64,000 bases of DNA, taken from Plasmodiophora brassicae (taxonomy: Eukaryota). The stretch covers positions 186,001-250,000 of the forward strand of contig CP145425.1 of the NCBI GenBank assembly GCA_036867785.1. The letters are read 5' to 3'. The stretch's first letter is position 1, and every line of letters begins with the position of its first letter. Shown piece by piece: positions 35,985 through 48,574 of this stretch. Made by a program: the position numbers and the translations under genes. The notes under the pieces are model-generated. The model saw only the letters and a program-made list of their open reading frames with translations, made no database searches and was not told where the DNA came from.

Positions 35985-37800
35985 ATGTCGGCCGAATGTA
36001 TTGCGCGTATGCGAGAGCTGTCCACACTCCTTAGCGAAGGCGTCCTTACCGAGGACGAGTTTCGCTCGATGGAACAAGCGATCATCGGTGAACTCAGGCG
36101 AGGCGATCCGCCCACCGTTTCGCGATTGTGTTATGACAAAGGTGCAATGCATCTGAAAAATCACACTCAACTGTCGACAGAAAATGCACTGCAGCTTGCT
36201 TCGCCAGACCCAGCTTCGAAGGCTGAAGCCAGAGCAGAGCCGTCACGAGCATCTTCCAGTACGTGTATGCCTGACAGCGTCCTTGCGTTGTGTTATTCAT
36301 GGTAAAGTGCGAACAATAGGCATATCTCATGCAAGTGGAACATCCCACTCAAGCGCAAGCAGAATATCGCAGTCGTCTCTGCACAAGGTCTTCGGCGCGG
36401 GGCTTCTGAAGTCGAAGACTTCAGGAAACACCTTCGTGTCACCCCGGTGTCCAGACTTCGTGGATGATGTGCTGACGTGCACGACGTGCAAGAAGCGGTG
36501 CAGAACGAAACAGGCTTATATTCAACATGTTAAATTGCACCTGCCCGAGAACGCCAAAGGTACACTTCGTCCTGTCAGCTGCAAGGCGCATCGTAAGTAT
36601 TTCGTGCACAGATGCCGAAACGGACGACAACCGGCAAACCCCGCCTCGTCGTGGATGTGACAAACGACGGCGGAGCGATTTCGCGTTCAATGCCAATTTT
36701 CTGGACGAGATCGCTGAGGAGGAGCAGCAGACCGGGAAGAAGTTCCTCGTATCTGTGGCGGTTGACGATATCGCGACTTCCTCTGGTCTCTCAACTACCT
36801 AGTACTGTGTTGCGCTGGGTCAACTTAGAAAAAGTATACCCGGTCCAAGGCTGCCGACGATAAAGGCATGACCAGAAAGACTACATTCAACCGGTTCTGG
36901 TTGACTTCTCTTCGGCAACTCGAGGAGCGTCGACAGACGAGGTTGCAATGTGCCTCCAACTACAGTTTGCGAACCTCGTGCTTATCTTTCCACAGGGTAT
37001 AAGGTCAAGAAGTGCCGGGTGATTCGCCAAACCAGAAGAATCCGCAACATGCCTGGTGTTGTTGACTCCTTGCATGCCTCCAGCATCAAGCTGTCGAAAT
37101 CCTGGTACTACTCAGGGTTCATCGAACGCCACGGATTCTCGATCAAGCGGTCGAACAACCTCAAGAAATGCGATTCGAACGCGCACAAGCCGGCGATAAT
37201 TCAGTTCCACCAACAACTGTGGGAACAACACGAAACAAAACCAATCCCACCCTCATCGCTCTTCAACTTCGACCAGGTATCAAAGAGGATTCCGATGCTC
37301 TAACAGTTCGCTAACATTGTCTCACATCGAGGTCCCTCTCCCGTTTGTATGCGAAGATGATAAACGTACGCTTGACGATAAGGGTTCAGAAAGGGTCAGG
37401 GTCCGACAATTTGGACGCGCACAAGGATCCTCGGTTCCAGTCGGCGATTTCGCCGCTGGGCAGGTTGATGTATTTCCCACCGAATGTTACAGACCTCGTG
37501 CAACCAGGTATATCGCACTGTCGTTGTATCTCTGCCTATAGATACTGACTCCTGTATCAGGTGACACGGGACTAGGGCGAATGATGAAATATTCGATTGC
37601 GAATGCTCTGGACGCTGAGCTCGGGAATGCTGCGTTCGACTCCAAATGGACAGACGGATCGTCCACTGCTGCCGAGCGTCGTATTCTGATAACCTAGTGG
37701 GTTGGCGACGTCTGGGAGAGGCTCTGCCGTGAGGGGAAGATGTACCGGTATTTCGAAAAGACAGGATGCATGCTTGGCACTACGTCCCCCTCGCTGAGCG
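35985..37800 (+). pseudogene. pogo/Tigger-like transposase relic (SHOCT-like, C2H2, CENP-B HTH, DDE_1)
   Basis: ELSTLLSEGVLTEDEF; CTTC..HVKLH; SKSWYYSGFIERHGFSIKR; LFNFDQ/VPLPF..TLDDKG; FPPNVTDLVQP/VDTG; ERRILIT*WVGDVWE. In-frame stops; the middle catalytic region is missing. Confidence 0.8.
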
Positions 37801-38380
37801 AAATCTCGATCCAAGGGGCTGAAGGATTACGTCTTTGTGCCACCTACACGATTCACCGTTGACGTCGAGTCCGAGTCGGAGATCGAGAGCACCACCTCTG
37901 ACGAGAGCAATGATGAGGACAGCGGTGTCGTCGTCGTGAACTCGCACCAATTGCCCCTCCACAGTAGGTACAGCTACGTCTAATAGTTCCGGAGGCTCAG
38001 CGAGGGGGTCGTGGTGCCAAGCCTGCACCCTGTCTTTTCGAAATACCGGTGCATCTTCCCCTCACGGTAGAGCCACTAGATTATCAGAATACGAAGCTCG
38101 GCAGCAGTGGACGATCCGTCTGTCCATTTGGAGTCGAACGCAGCATTCTCGAGCTCAGCGTCCAGAGCATTCGCAATCGAATATTTCATCATTCGCCCTA
38201 GTCCCGTGTCACCTGATACAGGAGTCAGTACCGATAGGCAGAGATACAACGGGTTGCACGAGGTCTGTACCCTTTCTGAACCCTTATCGCCAAGCGTCCG
38301 TTTATCACCATCGCATACAAACGGGAGAGGGACCTCAATGTGAGACGATGTTAGCGACCTGTTAGAGCATCGGGAATATC
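37285..38380. repeat. Inverted duplication of the pogo DDE region (arms ~37285-37799 and ~37995-38380)
   Basis: ctgactcctgtatcaggtgacacgggactagggcgaatgatgaaatattcgattgcgaatgctctggacgctgagctcg is present on both strands; the right arm has internal deletions; spacer ~195 bp. Confidence 0.9.
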
Positions 38381-39057
38381 TCGCTGACCGATGTTAGCTT
38401 GGCCTGGCGGTGGCCCAGCAGCATGCGCATGTCTCTCTTGTGGTTCCGAACCGACCGCGCCCACAGTGCTCTGTCTGAGCAGCGGCAGCAATAGCATATG
38501 GCGAGCCTCTGCTGGAGAACCAGCGTCGTATACTGCTGATTGTGTGACGGGCGCTCCCCGGGAAGGACACTCGCAGTGGGCAGCGAGTTGCCGATGACTG
38601 CCCAGTCCTAATACCATGGCCTCGTCGTCGAGAATACGGTACCATAACGCCAGGACGAGTACCTAGACTAGTGTGAAACGGCATAACCACACCTGGATAC
38701 CCGGGAGACGTTTGGTGAAGCTCGCCAAGACGGCAGGCGCCTCGACTGGTGAGAGCCGGAGTACGATCAAGCACCTGACCGAGCGCCAGAACACGTCCAG
38801 GCTATACCGAGTCAGGAAGTCGACGAACGCGTTTCGGTGCCAGTTCCCGCGAACCGAGTGATGGCATCAAGGAAGGTACGTATAGCATGCCATTGGCAAT
38901 ATTACTCGGTACCAGGTAATCTAAGAGAGCTAAGTCTTACCAGAATCAGGGGGCATGTCGTTGCCTCCGACCCTGCTCCTCCCGACGCGTATCCGCTGCG
39001 GCCAGGAGAAGTTGTATGCACATTTGCCATAGAGTAATATTGGATCGTAAAGGGGGG

Positions 39058-40920
39058 TTAGCATGGAGACGACAACGCGAAGAAATCCTGTCCCGCCTTC
39101 ACCTGCTGGACGGTGGACAGCACGCCGCTGACGGTCATCATGCAAGTCGCCGCGCCGATGACCACGGCAATGGCGATCACGATGAACGACGTCCGGTTGT
39201 ACTTCCGAACTAGGAACATAAACACGAGCTGGCCTACCAGCGTAGACAGCAAGCCGACGAAGAAGTACCAGACCGCGTACGACACGATTAGGGATCCTAA
39301 CCCCACAGTCAGCCGAGGAGCGAGCAGAAACGCAACGACGACAGCGCGCGCGCCCTACCGAGAGTCGCATACAGAACAATGGCGGACGACGCGGTGAGGA
39401 ACTATGGGACGCCTGCTCAGTGCTGGTTCACCGTGATAAACGCGGCACATACGACGGCCATGGCGGAGGTAGCCGCTACCACTTGATGGGGCATCTTCAG
39501 CTCGATCAGCAACGGGCCCAGAATCATGCCTGCACAACGCATGCGGCAAGGGCGTTAGGCGGAGCGTCGGGAACAGGTAAGCGACTATGTGATCAACCTA
39601 CCACCGCCGATACCGACCAAACCTCCCAGGAGGCCGGCCACAGCCGACATGAGGGGATACAGATATATCGACCGGCTGGTCCACACGATATCCGACGGCT
39701 GCTTGCAACGTCAGCAACGTGGCCGGTGGGAAGGCAGGATGACAGAGGCAAACCCTGGGTTTCCATCCGCACGCCAGCTTACGCTCTGTACGAGCCGCAT
39801 AGACGCGACCGATGGCAACCGTCAGAGCGGCCAGTACGACCAGGGAGGACACGGTGACGGCCCAGTATGCGGACGAGCAGGCGGCGATACCGAACAGGGA
39901 CGAGGCTGCATGCATATCAGATGACTACTGGCCGGCCACAGGTGACCGGGTCGCCTTACACCCGCGTCGGCTCGACTTGAGCAACTGGACGGCGAGGACA
40001 ACCAGCCAGATCCCAACGATGGCGGCCTTCTCGCCGACGGTCGACAGGTCCTTCTTCAGCAAGAGGCCCAGCTCAGGAGACGGGTCCGCCTCGGGTTGAC
40101 TCGCAGACCGCAGCGACGAATTGCTGACCTGGGCCATGGAGACTTGCAACGCATACGGGCGTCTCTCTCGTTCCCATGCAGCACGAGCTTTCATCGTCGT
40201 CCGGAACGTCGTATAGCCGAGCGCGACGAGCAGAATAACGATAATGACCCACGTAGGGAACACAACGTTCAGGATGACACCAACCGACGTCCCTGCGTCG
40301 AAGCGTCAACAGAGGGAACGGGGAACGACGACCAGCACTGCAGTGTACCTGCCAGCAGCATGGGCGTGAACATGACGGTGACTGAGTAATCGATCAGCGG
40401 TCGTTCGTGAACAATCGGGTGCTTTTGTCCGATGTTGAAGGCCATGTTGACGAGCGATCCTCCAAAGATGATGGACTGCGAGATCGGGATGGCCTGCTTT
40501 GTCGACATGCCGACGATAAGTACGAGAACCGGGACGAATATGCCACCGCCGCCTGCACCACCGCCAGAGGTTGACAAGGCATGCTGTGTCCCTGCGAACA
40601 GTGCCCTATGTACCTAGACCACCACCGGCGGCCAGAGCAGCGCCAACGAACACGGCAACCGTCCCCAGCGTATCGTCCATCGGTCGGAAATCGTCCAAGA
40701 CCGACCTGACGACGCACGCGCCAGCCTTGCACAGATGAAAGGCCCCGCACTGATCGTCGTTCGCGCATGATGCCGACCCGGTCACCAGCAGACACGCCAG
40801 GACAAAGGCCGACGGCAGCACGTGTCGTCGTAAATTAGCATCATGCCGGCGATGACGTCGGCGTTCCACGACGCAGCAGCGGTCCGCGCAGAGGGACGCC
40901 AGGCCGTACTCCAGGCCCAT
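39058..40920 (-). CDS. Sulfite exporter TauE/SafE family membrane protein, multi-exon
   Basis: AALAAGGGL/GAGGGGIFVPVLVLIVGMSTKQAIPISQSIIFGGSLVN...HP...RPLIDY; multiple TM segments. Confidence 0.88.
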
Positions 40921-42262
40921 GACGAGCGTGTACCGCGGGGAGTTCGTGAATGAGCAACGCAGTTACAGCATGCGCAAGTCTCTGGTGAGTGGTGACGCAT
41001 CACGCGACGGCACGTGCTGTGCGGCGAGTTACTGTCCGCGAGCGCGTGCTGTTTGCTTCAGGAGCGTCTCTTTATTTATCGCGATGCCGATGAGGCGATG
41101 GTTGCGGACCAAGGAGCGCCCTCGGACAACAAACTCAACAACATGAAACGTTTGTATCGGGAAACCAGCCTCTTGTCATGGGGTCCGAGTCAGGGTTAAC
41201 TGTGCGTCCGCATCAACAGCGTCAGCGATTCGGCTCCAAGTCTAGGTAGCTCTGACTGGGAGAGCCGGTCCATGCGTGCCGCGCGACTGCCAACGCGACT
41301 GTGACTGCAACTGCGACTGCCTGTGACTGAGCGCCACTGGGGAGCTCACTCCGCCGCCCACTGCGCGCACTATAACGTGAGAGCCGTTCACGTGAATGAG
41401 AGACCTTCGACTCTGCGCACTGTGAGAGAGCCCGAGCAGGCCGCGGGGCGTGTCGCTCGCGTAATGTTCGTCGTCAGTTCCAAATTGCACCGCCGTTCGA
41501 CGAAAAGAATGACGGATCGCGAGGCGTTGGAGGTGGCGCGCCATCAAGCGCGCGCTCGCGCAGCAGAGTCGGCGCGTCAACTGCTTCAGCAGTTTGCCGC
41601 TATGCCCTCGGACCAACATTGCACGACGCAAGACCTATTCGATGAGCTTATGAACATGTTTGATCCCGCGTTGTTCAACAAGGAAGTTTCCGACTGTTCC
41701 GTTCGCCTCCTCTGGGCCGTGCATCTACCCAACATCCGTCCCCCGTCCCCGGCGTCTGTGAGTCCCCAATCACCATCCTCGCCAGGCCAACAAACCTCAG
41801 ACGTCAAGGTTTGACTTGCCTCACTCTCCTCCCCCACAACACGCACCGTCAAGCACCGACCACCGGCAACACCACCATCAAATAGTGCACGTCCTCCGTT
41901 TCAAGTTAGACACGTCCACCCCTCTGTGGACGTCAATATATTCATTCGTTATTGTGTCCTTCATTGTCCATGAATGGAAGAGCGAGTTATGCTGACGACG
42001 GAGCTGGACGCCGTCACCGCCAGCCCGCACAGCCGTGGCCTGGAGACACGTCCAACCGTCGCCGACATCGTGGCATCATTGATCAGGGAGGAGGCGCGAA
42101 TTCGTGAAGCACGCGGCCGCGAGCAAACGTCATTCGAAACGGCGAACCGAGTGTCGGTTCGACGTTTGTCCTGCTGCTGGACGACGCGCTGTGCTGCAGC
42201 GTCTGGGGCTTTTCATCCCTCGTCACGACCAACTAGCGAAGGTGGCGTGTATTTACACACGG

Positions 42263-43534
42263 TCATATCACCATAGCGTCGGATGCCGCCAGAACATCCG
42301 TTAACGGGGCCGACATGCTGACGTCGTTCGTCGTGCTGTTGAACAGTGTCTCGTTGCTGCCGATGCGTTCGAACCTGGTCACCTTCTGCGACGACGACCC
42401 GTCCGGCGCCTTGCTCTCGTACGCGTCGCGCACGATCGTCACGTTCGATCGCGATCGACCAACCGGATCCGACCTTGACGCCGCTGCTCTCGTCGGAGGA
42501 GACGTCGTGGGTTCGCTCGTCACGTCGCGCTGAAACGTCCGGTCAGACGGCCCCTGTCGTACACACACGCTACGAGCCTGACCTGAGATGGCAGACTGGG
42601 CCGCTCCGGGATGATGAAACTCGGTTCGGGCGTTAGCAGCGGTGACGGCGGTGGCGGCGGCGGTAGGGCCACTGATCGCAGTCGGCTGTCAGGACGGGCA
42701 TATCGTTACGCGGTTCGGCCGCATGGCAAACCTGTTCCTGAACTTGGCGCTGGCGTTGGCGTGCTCGGGACCCGGGTGGGTGCTGGTGGCACCGGAACGC
42801 TCGTCGTCGGCTCTGGCGTAATGGGGAGCCCGGTCGTTGGCGGCGGGACCGTCGGGGGCCGCGTTGATGACGGCGGGACGGTTGGCGCTGTCGTTGTCGG
42901 CGGTGGGGTGATCGGAGCGTTCGTTACCGGTGGTGGAGAGGTCGGAGCGCTGGTTGCCGGCGGTGGAGCGGTCGGAGCGCTGGTTGCCGGCGGTGGCGCG
43001 GTCGGAGCGCTGGTTGCCGGCGGTGGCGCGGTCGGAGCGCGCGTTGCCGGCGGTGGAGCGGTCGTTGCCGGCGCAGGGACCGTTGCTGGCGGTGGGATCG
43101 GAGCACGCGGCGTCGATGGAGGAGGAACGATAGCAGTCGGTGCTGGCACCCGTATCGTCGGCAGAGGGATCGGGAGCACTGATGTTGGTGGTGGTGGCGG
43201 CGGAGGGACAGGTCTTGGCGATTGTTGCGAGGGCGGTTGGGGATGACATGGCGGTACCGGGCACGGCGGGTGAACCTTGGGAGGGAGCCTAATCAGGTCG
43301 AGGCAGAGCGGTCTGCCACTGTGACAGAGGGGAACGCCAGGTCAGGCGACGCGAAGCGAACCATCGGCCGTGCCGCTCTTACGCTACGTTCGGGAACGAT
43401 TGCAGCAGGGTGGTCGGTACCAGAGCGGTCCATGACGCATGACAGGCGCGGATGCTGACGAAGGTGGGCGGCGGCGACGACGACGTCGCGATGGCGACCA
43501 GGGCGCCGACCACGGGCAGCAGCAGGCCGAACAT
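42263..43534 (-). CDS. Secreted Pro/Thr-rich (mucin/extensin-like) protein, multi-exon
   Basis: Signal-like MFGLLLPVVGALVAIATS; tandem TAPPPATSAP units. Confidence 0.65.
42905..43075. repeat. 30-bp coding minisatellite (TAPPPATSAP units)
   Basis: ggtcggagcgctggttgccggcggtgg(a/c)gc repeated about 4-5 times. Confidence 0.85.
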
Positions 43535-43619
43535 GACGGTTCCGGTTCCGATCGCCAATGCGCTGCCGGGGAACCTCCGACGGCCACAACCCGAGGCGAC
43601 AGCCACTCCCTGTATTCGT

Positions 43620-44383
43620 TTATCGTGCCAGCTTGGCGATCTGGTCGTTCTGCCTGCGGATCCGGTCGTGCAGGTTGCCGGCGCCCCTGTCGATGTCCCT
43701 CACGAGTGGCGCCTGCCGGTCCAGCTCCTCGTGCATGTCGTAGGCGATCGCGTTCATGTTCCGGACCGAGGTCAGCAATTCGCCCAGGTGGTCGCCCGAT
43801 TCGGCGCGCGCGCGACGCTCCCTGTTCAGCACAACATCAGTCACGCCGACACGCGCGCGTCGCAAACGTACTTGAAGCGTTCGCGTTCGAACTCGACGCG
43901 CGTCGGGCCTCGGGACGTCGGCGCGGGAGACGCCGATTGTCGGTTCCTGGCGCGCCGCTCGATGTCCGACCTCGGGTTGGCCTTCCAGAGCCAGTTGCGA
44001 AGCCGCCCGGAGACGGACGACATGGACCGGAGCGCTCGCTGGCTGTGCGTCAGGTGCGCGTCGATCTCGTCGACGTTCTCCACCATCTTCTGCATTTGCT
44101 CTAGGCGCCAGGGTCAGCGCCCCCTCATGATGACGATTGCGGTACAGACGCGCGTACGCGTTTGAGCGCTGAGCTTAACCAGTGTCGTTGCGCCGAGCTC
44201 TTCGGCAGCGAGCGACGCCTGCAGCGTGTCGGTCAGGACACGTTCGCGATCGCGAGCGTCGTCGCGCTTGCTGCGGCGCGCGCGCTTCTCCTCCTCGTGC
44301 TGGTGCACCCGCAGGGCGTCCGCCGACCCGATCTGGGCCTTAACGGCGGCCGAGCGCGACGACACGCGCGCCTCGCCCTTCAT
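43620..44383 (-). CDS. SNAP-25-family (Qbc) SNARE, 3 exons
   Basis: Two SNARE motifs: AEELGATTLVKLSAQ/..QMQKMVENVDEIDAHLTHSQRALRSM and LGELLTSVRNMNAIAYDMHEELDRQAPLVRDIDR; no TM segment. Confidence 0.85.
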
Positions 44384-44776
44384 CGGCACCAATAACCCTT
44401 GCCGACTTAATAGATGGTTCACCCTGTTGCCCGACAGTAATAATACGTTATGCCGACGAGGAGGCGAGTCAACGACTCGACGTGAGTCATTGGTGCACCG
44501 GTGATCAGGAACGCGACCAAGGTTCCGTGTTGGGGTGCAGAAGCAGCAGCAGAAGCAGCAGCAGCAGCATGTCGGTTGCCGACAGACGACGTGGTTGCCC
44601 CCTGGGAATGGGGTGGGTCGTCCAATGATGAACGCGGGCGGTTCTATTTCCGGGGCGACCGGGCCCGCTGGGCAGTCGCGGAGTTCTGGCGCAGACCGTC
44701 GAAGCTGCTGCTGCGCGCCCAGGCCACGCCGTCAGGCGCGAGTGTCGCGAGGCTTCGCTGGGGCAGGGCGGCGCGC

Positions 44777-46291
44777 ATGGCGGCCGCCGCTCCCGTCCTG
44801 AACGAGGACGAGCGCATGGCCGTCCGCAGGGACGAGATCGTCAGGGAGCTGCTGGTCACCGAGAAGAACTATGTCGACAGGTACGGCGCGCGCGCGTGTC
44901 GCACCCCTCGTTTGTCTAACGGCCCGCCTCAGTCTGAACGCGTTCTTCTCGGCGTATGTGCCCAGAATTGGCGCGATGAGGATTATCAGCATCCCCGATT
45001 TCGCACAGCTGTGCTCGAACCTTGAGGTTGTGTCGGCCGGGCCGGCCGTTTCGCGTTCGCTCCCCGTTGCTGATTGCGGCGCCCAGGTTATCCGACGAAT
45101 TCACATGCGGTTCTACGGCGACCTGCAGATCAGGATCGACAATGGGCGCTGGGGGCCGAACTCGCGCATCGCCGACCTGTTCATGGAGTACGCGCCCTTC
45201 TTCCGCGTGTACGGCGATATCATCCACCTGCTCGAGACGGTCGGCACCGCCATCCAGGACCTGATCTACAGTTCGCCCGAGTTCGAGCAGGTCCTGAAGG
45301 TGTGCAGAGAGGATTCGCGGTGCAAGCGCCACACGCTGCAGAGCATTCTGATCATGCCGATCCAGGTCGTTGTCGAAGGCGGCCGTGTGTTCCCACCAGG
45401 ACGCTGATTGTTTGTGACGACAGCGAATCCCAAGGTACTTCCTGATCCTGAAGGCCATCCTGCAGCATACGCCCGAGAACCATCCCGAGCGGGCGCTGCT
45501 GCAGGAGGCGCTGGCGCTCGTCGAGACGGTAACGCAGCAGGTGAACCAGGCCGCGCATGACCTGCTGTCCAGGAAGAAGATTGTTGAAATCCACAAGAAG
45601 GTACGGTGCGCGCGCGTCTGCTGCGGGTTCGTCTCACCGGCGCTGATCGCTCATGCTGTAGATGCCGAGAAGTTTCGACCTGTTCCAGCCGGGGCGACGG
45701 TTCGTGCTGAAGTCGAAGATGGCGACCGTCAGCCCGCTGGGCGAGCTCCAACCGGCCAAGTTCATCCTGTTCAACGACGCGCTGCTTCACGTGAAGAACT
45801 TCTTCGGCAGCTACAAGATCCTGAAGCAGTTCAACATCTCGCCGATCAGCGCGTTCGGCGTGTTCGACGTGCGCGACACGTACTTCCCGTCCGACAAGGC
45901 GGAAACGATCCGAAATCGTTTCCGGGTCGCCGACGGGTCCGCCATGCTGGAGATCCAGTGCAACTCCAGCGTGGAGAAGCAGATGTGGGTCGAGGCGCTC
46001 GAGAAGTGCGTCCGGGATAGCGAGAATCGAATATGCCCCGATAGTCGTGCGATCCAGGAGGCCATACGAACGTCGGACAAGGCGCAGCTGCTGGCCAAGG
46101 TCGGGAACGACGCCGTGTCGCAGATGATGTCGAACGTGTTGACGAGGCCGATGTCGCGGACCGTGGCGGAGGCGAGGGCGCCTCTCCTGCTGCCCTGCTC
46201 GATATGCCTGTGCCCGCGTTTCCAGCCGTCCTTCTTCACAGACGGCAAGTGTATCTGCCAGCATGAACAAAGAGAACATTGCGCTAAATGA
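44777..46291 (+). CDS. Rho guanine-nucleotide exchange factor (DH-PH), multi-exon
   Basis: RRDEIVRELLVTEKNYV, IADLFMEYAPFFRVYG, LQSILIMPIQ/RIPRYFLILKAILQHTP, PH FILFNDALL...EKQMWVEAL. Confidence 0.88.
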
Positions 46292-46610
46292 TATTTGGAT
46301 AAATTTATCAAGTCCTGTTCAAAGCTGTCCCGAAGTGCAACCGCCGCTTTCAGCGTGGGTTTGCAAATGGAGCAAAGCAGTGTGTCGCTGGCCCAGGTGA
46401 CGGTACGTGTACAGGGGGAGCAGGAGATGGCGGTGGGCCGCCGGACGGAACAGCCAGGATCGTTCAGCATAGCCTAGACTCTTCGTCATCTCGCGTCCCT
46501 GCGACTATGCCTGAAGCGAAACGAGGAGACGACTGACGAGAACGGTGTATCAGGTTTGCGTAAATGTCTGGCACGTGCAATCGACGACGTCAGGTGCATA
46601 GGCATCCATC

Positions 46611-48123
46611 CTAATGCCATCGAGCGCGGTTCTCGGCCTCGTAGTTCCGGTGATTGTACTGACTGAAATCGTCGTCGAGGTCACGCTTGTCGCCCGGGTT
46701 GGGCTCCCAGAGGGCCCCCGTGAATTCCAACTTGCCGTATGCGCCATTCATCCACCCATGAACGGACGCGCCGCCATCGGCGAACGTCATCTCCCCGATG
46801 TGGTCCTTCCCGAAGATCATCTCCCCGGTTCCCGTCTCTCTGGCGCCCCATCGTATCGTGTACGTGCGATCCTTTTCACGCTTGCCTCGCGACTTGGGAG
46901 TCAGCTTCATGTGGCCTTCCAAGAACCCGAGGTCGAACTCCACCCACAGGTTATCCGAGCCCGAAATTTCGAACTCGTAGGGCATGCTAGCGCTCCCGTC
47001 ATCGTCATCACGGAACCGTTTCGTCGATCCCACATCATAATAGGAAGCGTACCCGTCATCTCGGGCGCCAGAGTAATTGTCGGCTTCGGGGCATGTGACG
47101 CGCCAGGTCCCGCGTGGGTTCCAACGACCGCTGGCCAGCACATCTTGCCGAATGGCCGCAAGTTCATTCTCGAACCTGCGCTGTCGCTCTCGTTGCTGCT
47201 GCAGACGACGCTCCTCCAGCTCCCTCTCCTCCTGCTCTTCTTCGTCCCGCTTCCGCTTGCGTTCGGCGCGAACCTTCTTGGTCTGTCGTTCTACGTCGTT
47301 CTTCACAGCATCGACGTCGCCATCACGTCCAGCCAGCGCCACGATAACGTGGACGAAATTCTCATCTTCGCTTCGGCATTGAGCGCACGTCAACCCGAAC
47401 TGACCCGCTTCCTGGATGACACCTGGAACGTGTTTCGCAGCGACGTTGCGAAGGACAAACGGGTCTGGCGTTGTCGCCAGCACGCCGGACAGCTCAGCCA
47501 TCAACTTTCCTGGCGTGTACCGCGATGCATCACAGTAGACCATCTGGCTGTACCCGCCTGGCTCTTTCCATCGGTGCACCCAGTGCGAATCGTTACGTGC
47601 CACGCGCTCTTCTTCCGCCTTCCTCGCCTCGTCGGCCTCCTTCTGCTTCAGGGCATCGACAATCTTTGCGATGTTGCCGGCGTTTCGGTCTGTGACACCG
47701 GCCAGGCACGCTTTCTCGAGCCTGGTCCTTAGCGTTTCCAGCGTCGATGAATCCTTGAAGCTAACGCCGTACAATGCCAGATGCGTCTTGTACCAGTCCT
47801 TCAGGTTCGGTCGAACGCCTTCGCGCATCACGACTGCGATGACGTCCAGCAGGGGCGAATCGGGATCCATGCGACCGACCGCCTCCCAGAACCGCGCTTC
47901 GATCTCCGCCTTAGTCCCCGTCTTCTTGTGCCCGGCAGCAGTCGGCATCAGCGACAGCCCCTTCATCATCTTGGCCTTGGTAGGCTTGAACAGCACTGCC
48001 CGAAGGTCCCGTTCGACGGGGCGCCCGTTCGCACGTAAACTGCCCGTCCCGTCCAGCGATAGGTTGTGACGCGCCATGTGCTCCTGACTGCACAGCAGCT
48101 TCGCGTCCATCGCAGGGCCCATC
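46611..48123 (-). CDS. Intronless protein of unknown function resembling a fungal hypothetical family
   Basis: Long ORF (open to 48566; likely start ~48123 or 48110); WYKTHLALYGV, coiled coil, C-terminal FDLGFLEG..RWGARETGTGEM..GEMTF..YEAENRARW. Confidence 0.65.
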
Positions 48124-48574
48124 GACGGACTCGACGCAATTGGCACCCCGAATCTGATTTCGCTGTTCAACACAAGAAAGGGGGGCAGTGCCTGTTTTAG
48201 GACATAGACGTCAGCCGCGCTGTGATGTCGAAGGCCACATGGCGGGCCCGGCGCAGAGTCACAATTGGATAGATTTATCACGTTCTGTTCAATCATGACG
48301 GGCGCTGCCCCGTACCGAAGCTCAGCCGCCGTTTCTGCATGGATTTCAACTACAGTGCCCCATGAATCCAGATGATGTGACCGAAGGCGTCCTGACAAAC
48401 GTACATGTAGCGGAGCAGGCGATGGTGGCGGTTTGTTTGCGGTTCTCATGGCAGCAGAAACGCCTGATGCTAAAACGACAGAGGTTACCGATCGACAACG
48501 ACCTCTTCCACCCCGCGCTCTTACTCTGAAACATGGGCACTGGTGGCTTGGACAGAACCTGCGCACACCACGAG

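Larger units (their letters stand above)
31947..38380 (+). mobile_element. Decayed pogo-like (Tc1/mariner superfamily) DNA transposon, interrupted by a MULE
   Basis: TA|CAGTATAAC terminus at 31945-31955, subterminal repeats, and a transposase relic at 36.0-37.8 kb. Right TIR not found. Confidence 0.65.

Noticed and set aside
38390-38870. Possible LTR-retrotransposon integrase relic (QWAA..LPM..NT..SS; YRV..NAFRCQFP)
   Set aside because: Fragments are short, in mixed frames, and no LTR or RT is visible; not supportable without a profile search.
37900-39000. Right TIR of the pogo-like element
   Set aside because: No convincing reverse complement of CAGTATAACTCCTCC followed by TA was found by eye.
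41974-42276. Copia gag-like fragment (TVADIVASLIREEAR)
   Set aside because: Single weak motif with no zinc knuckle, protease or LTR.
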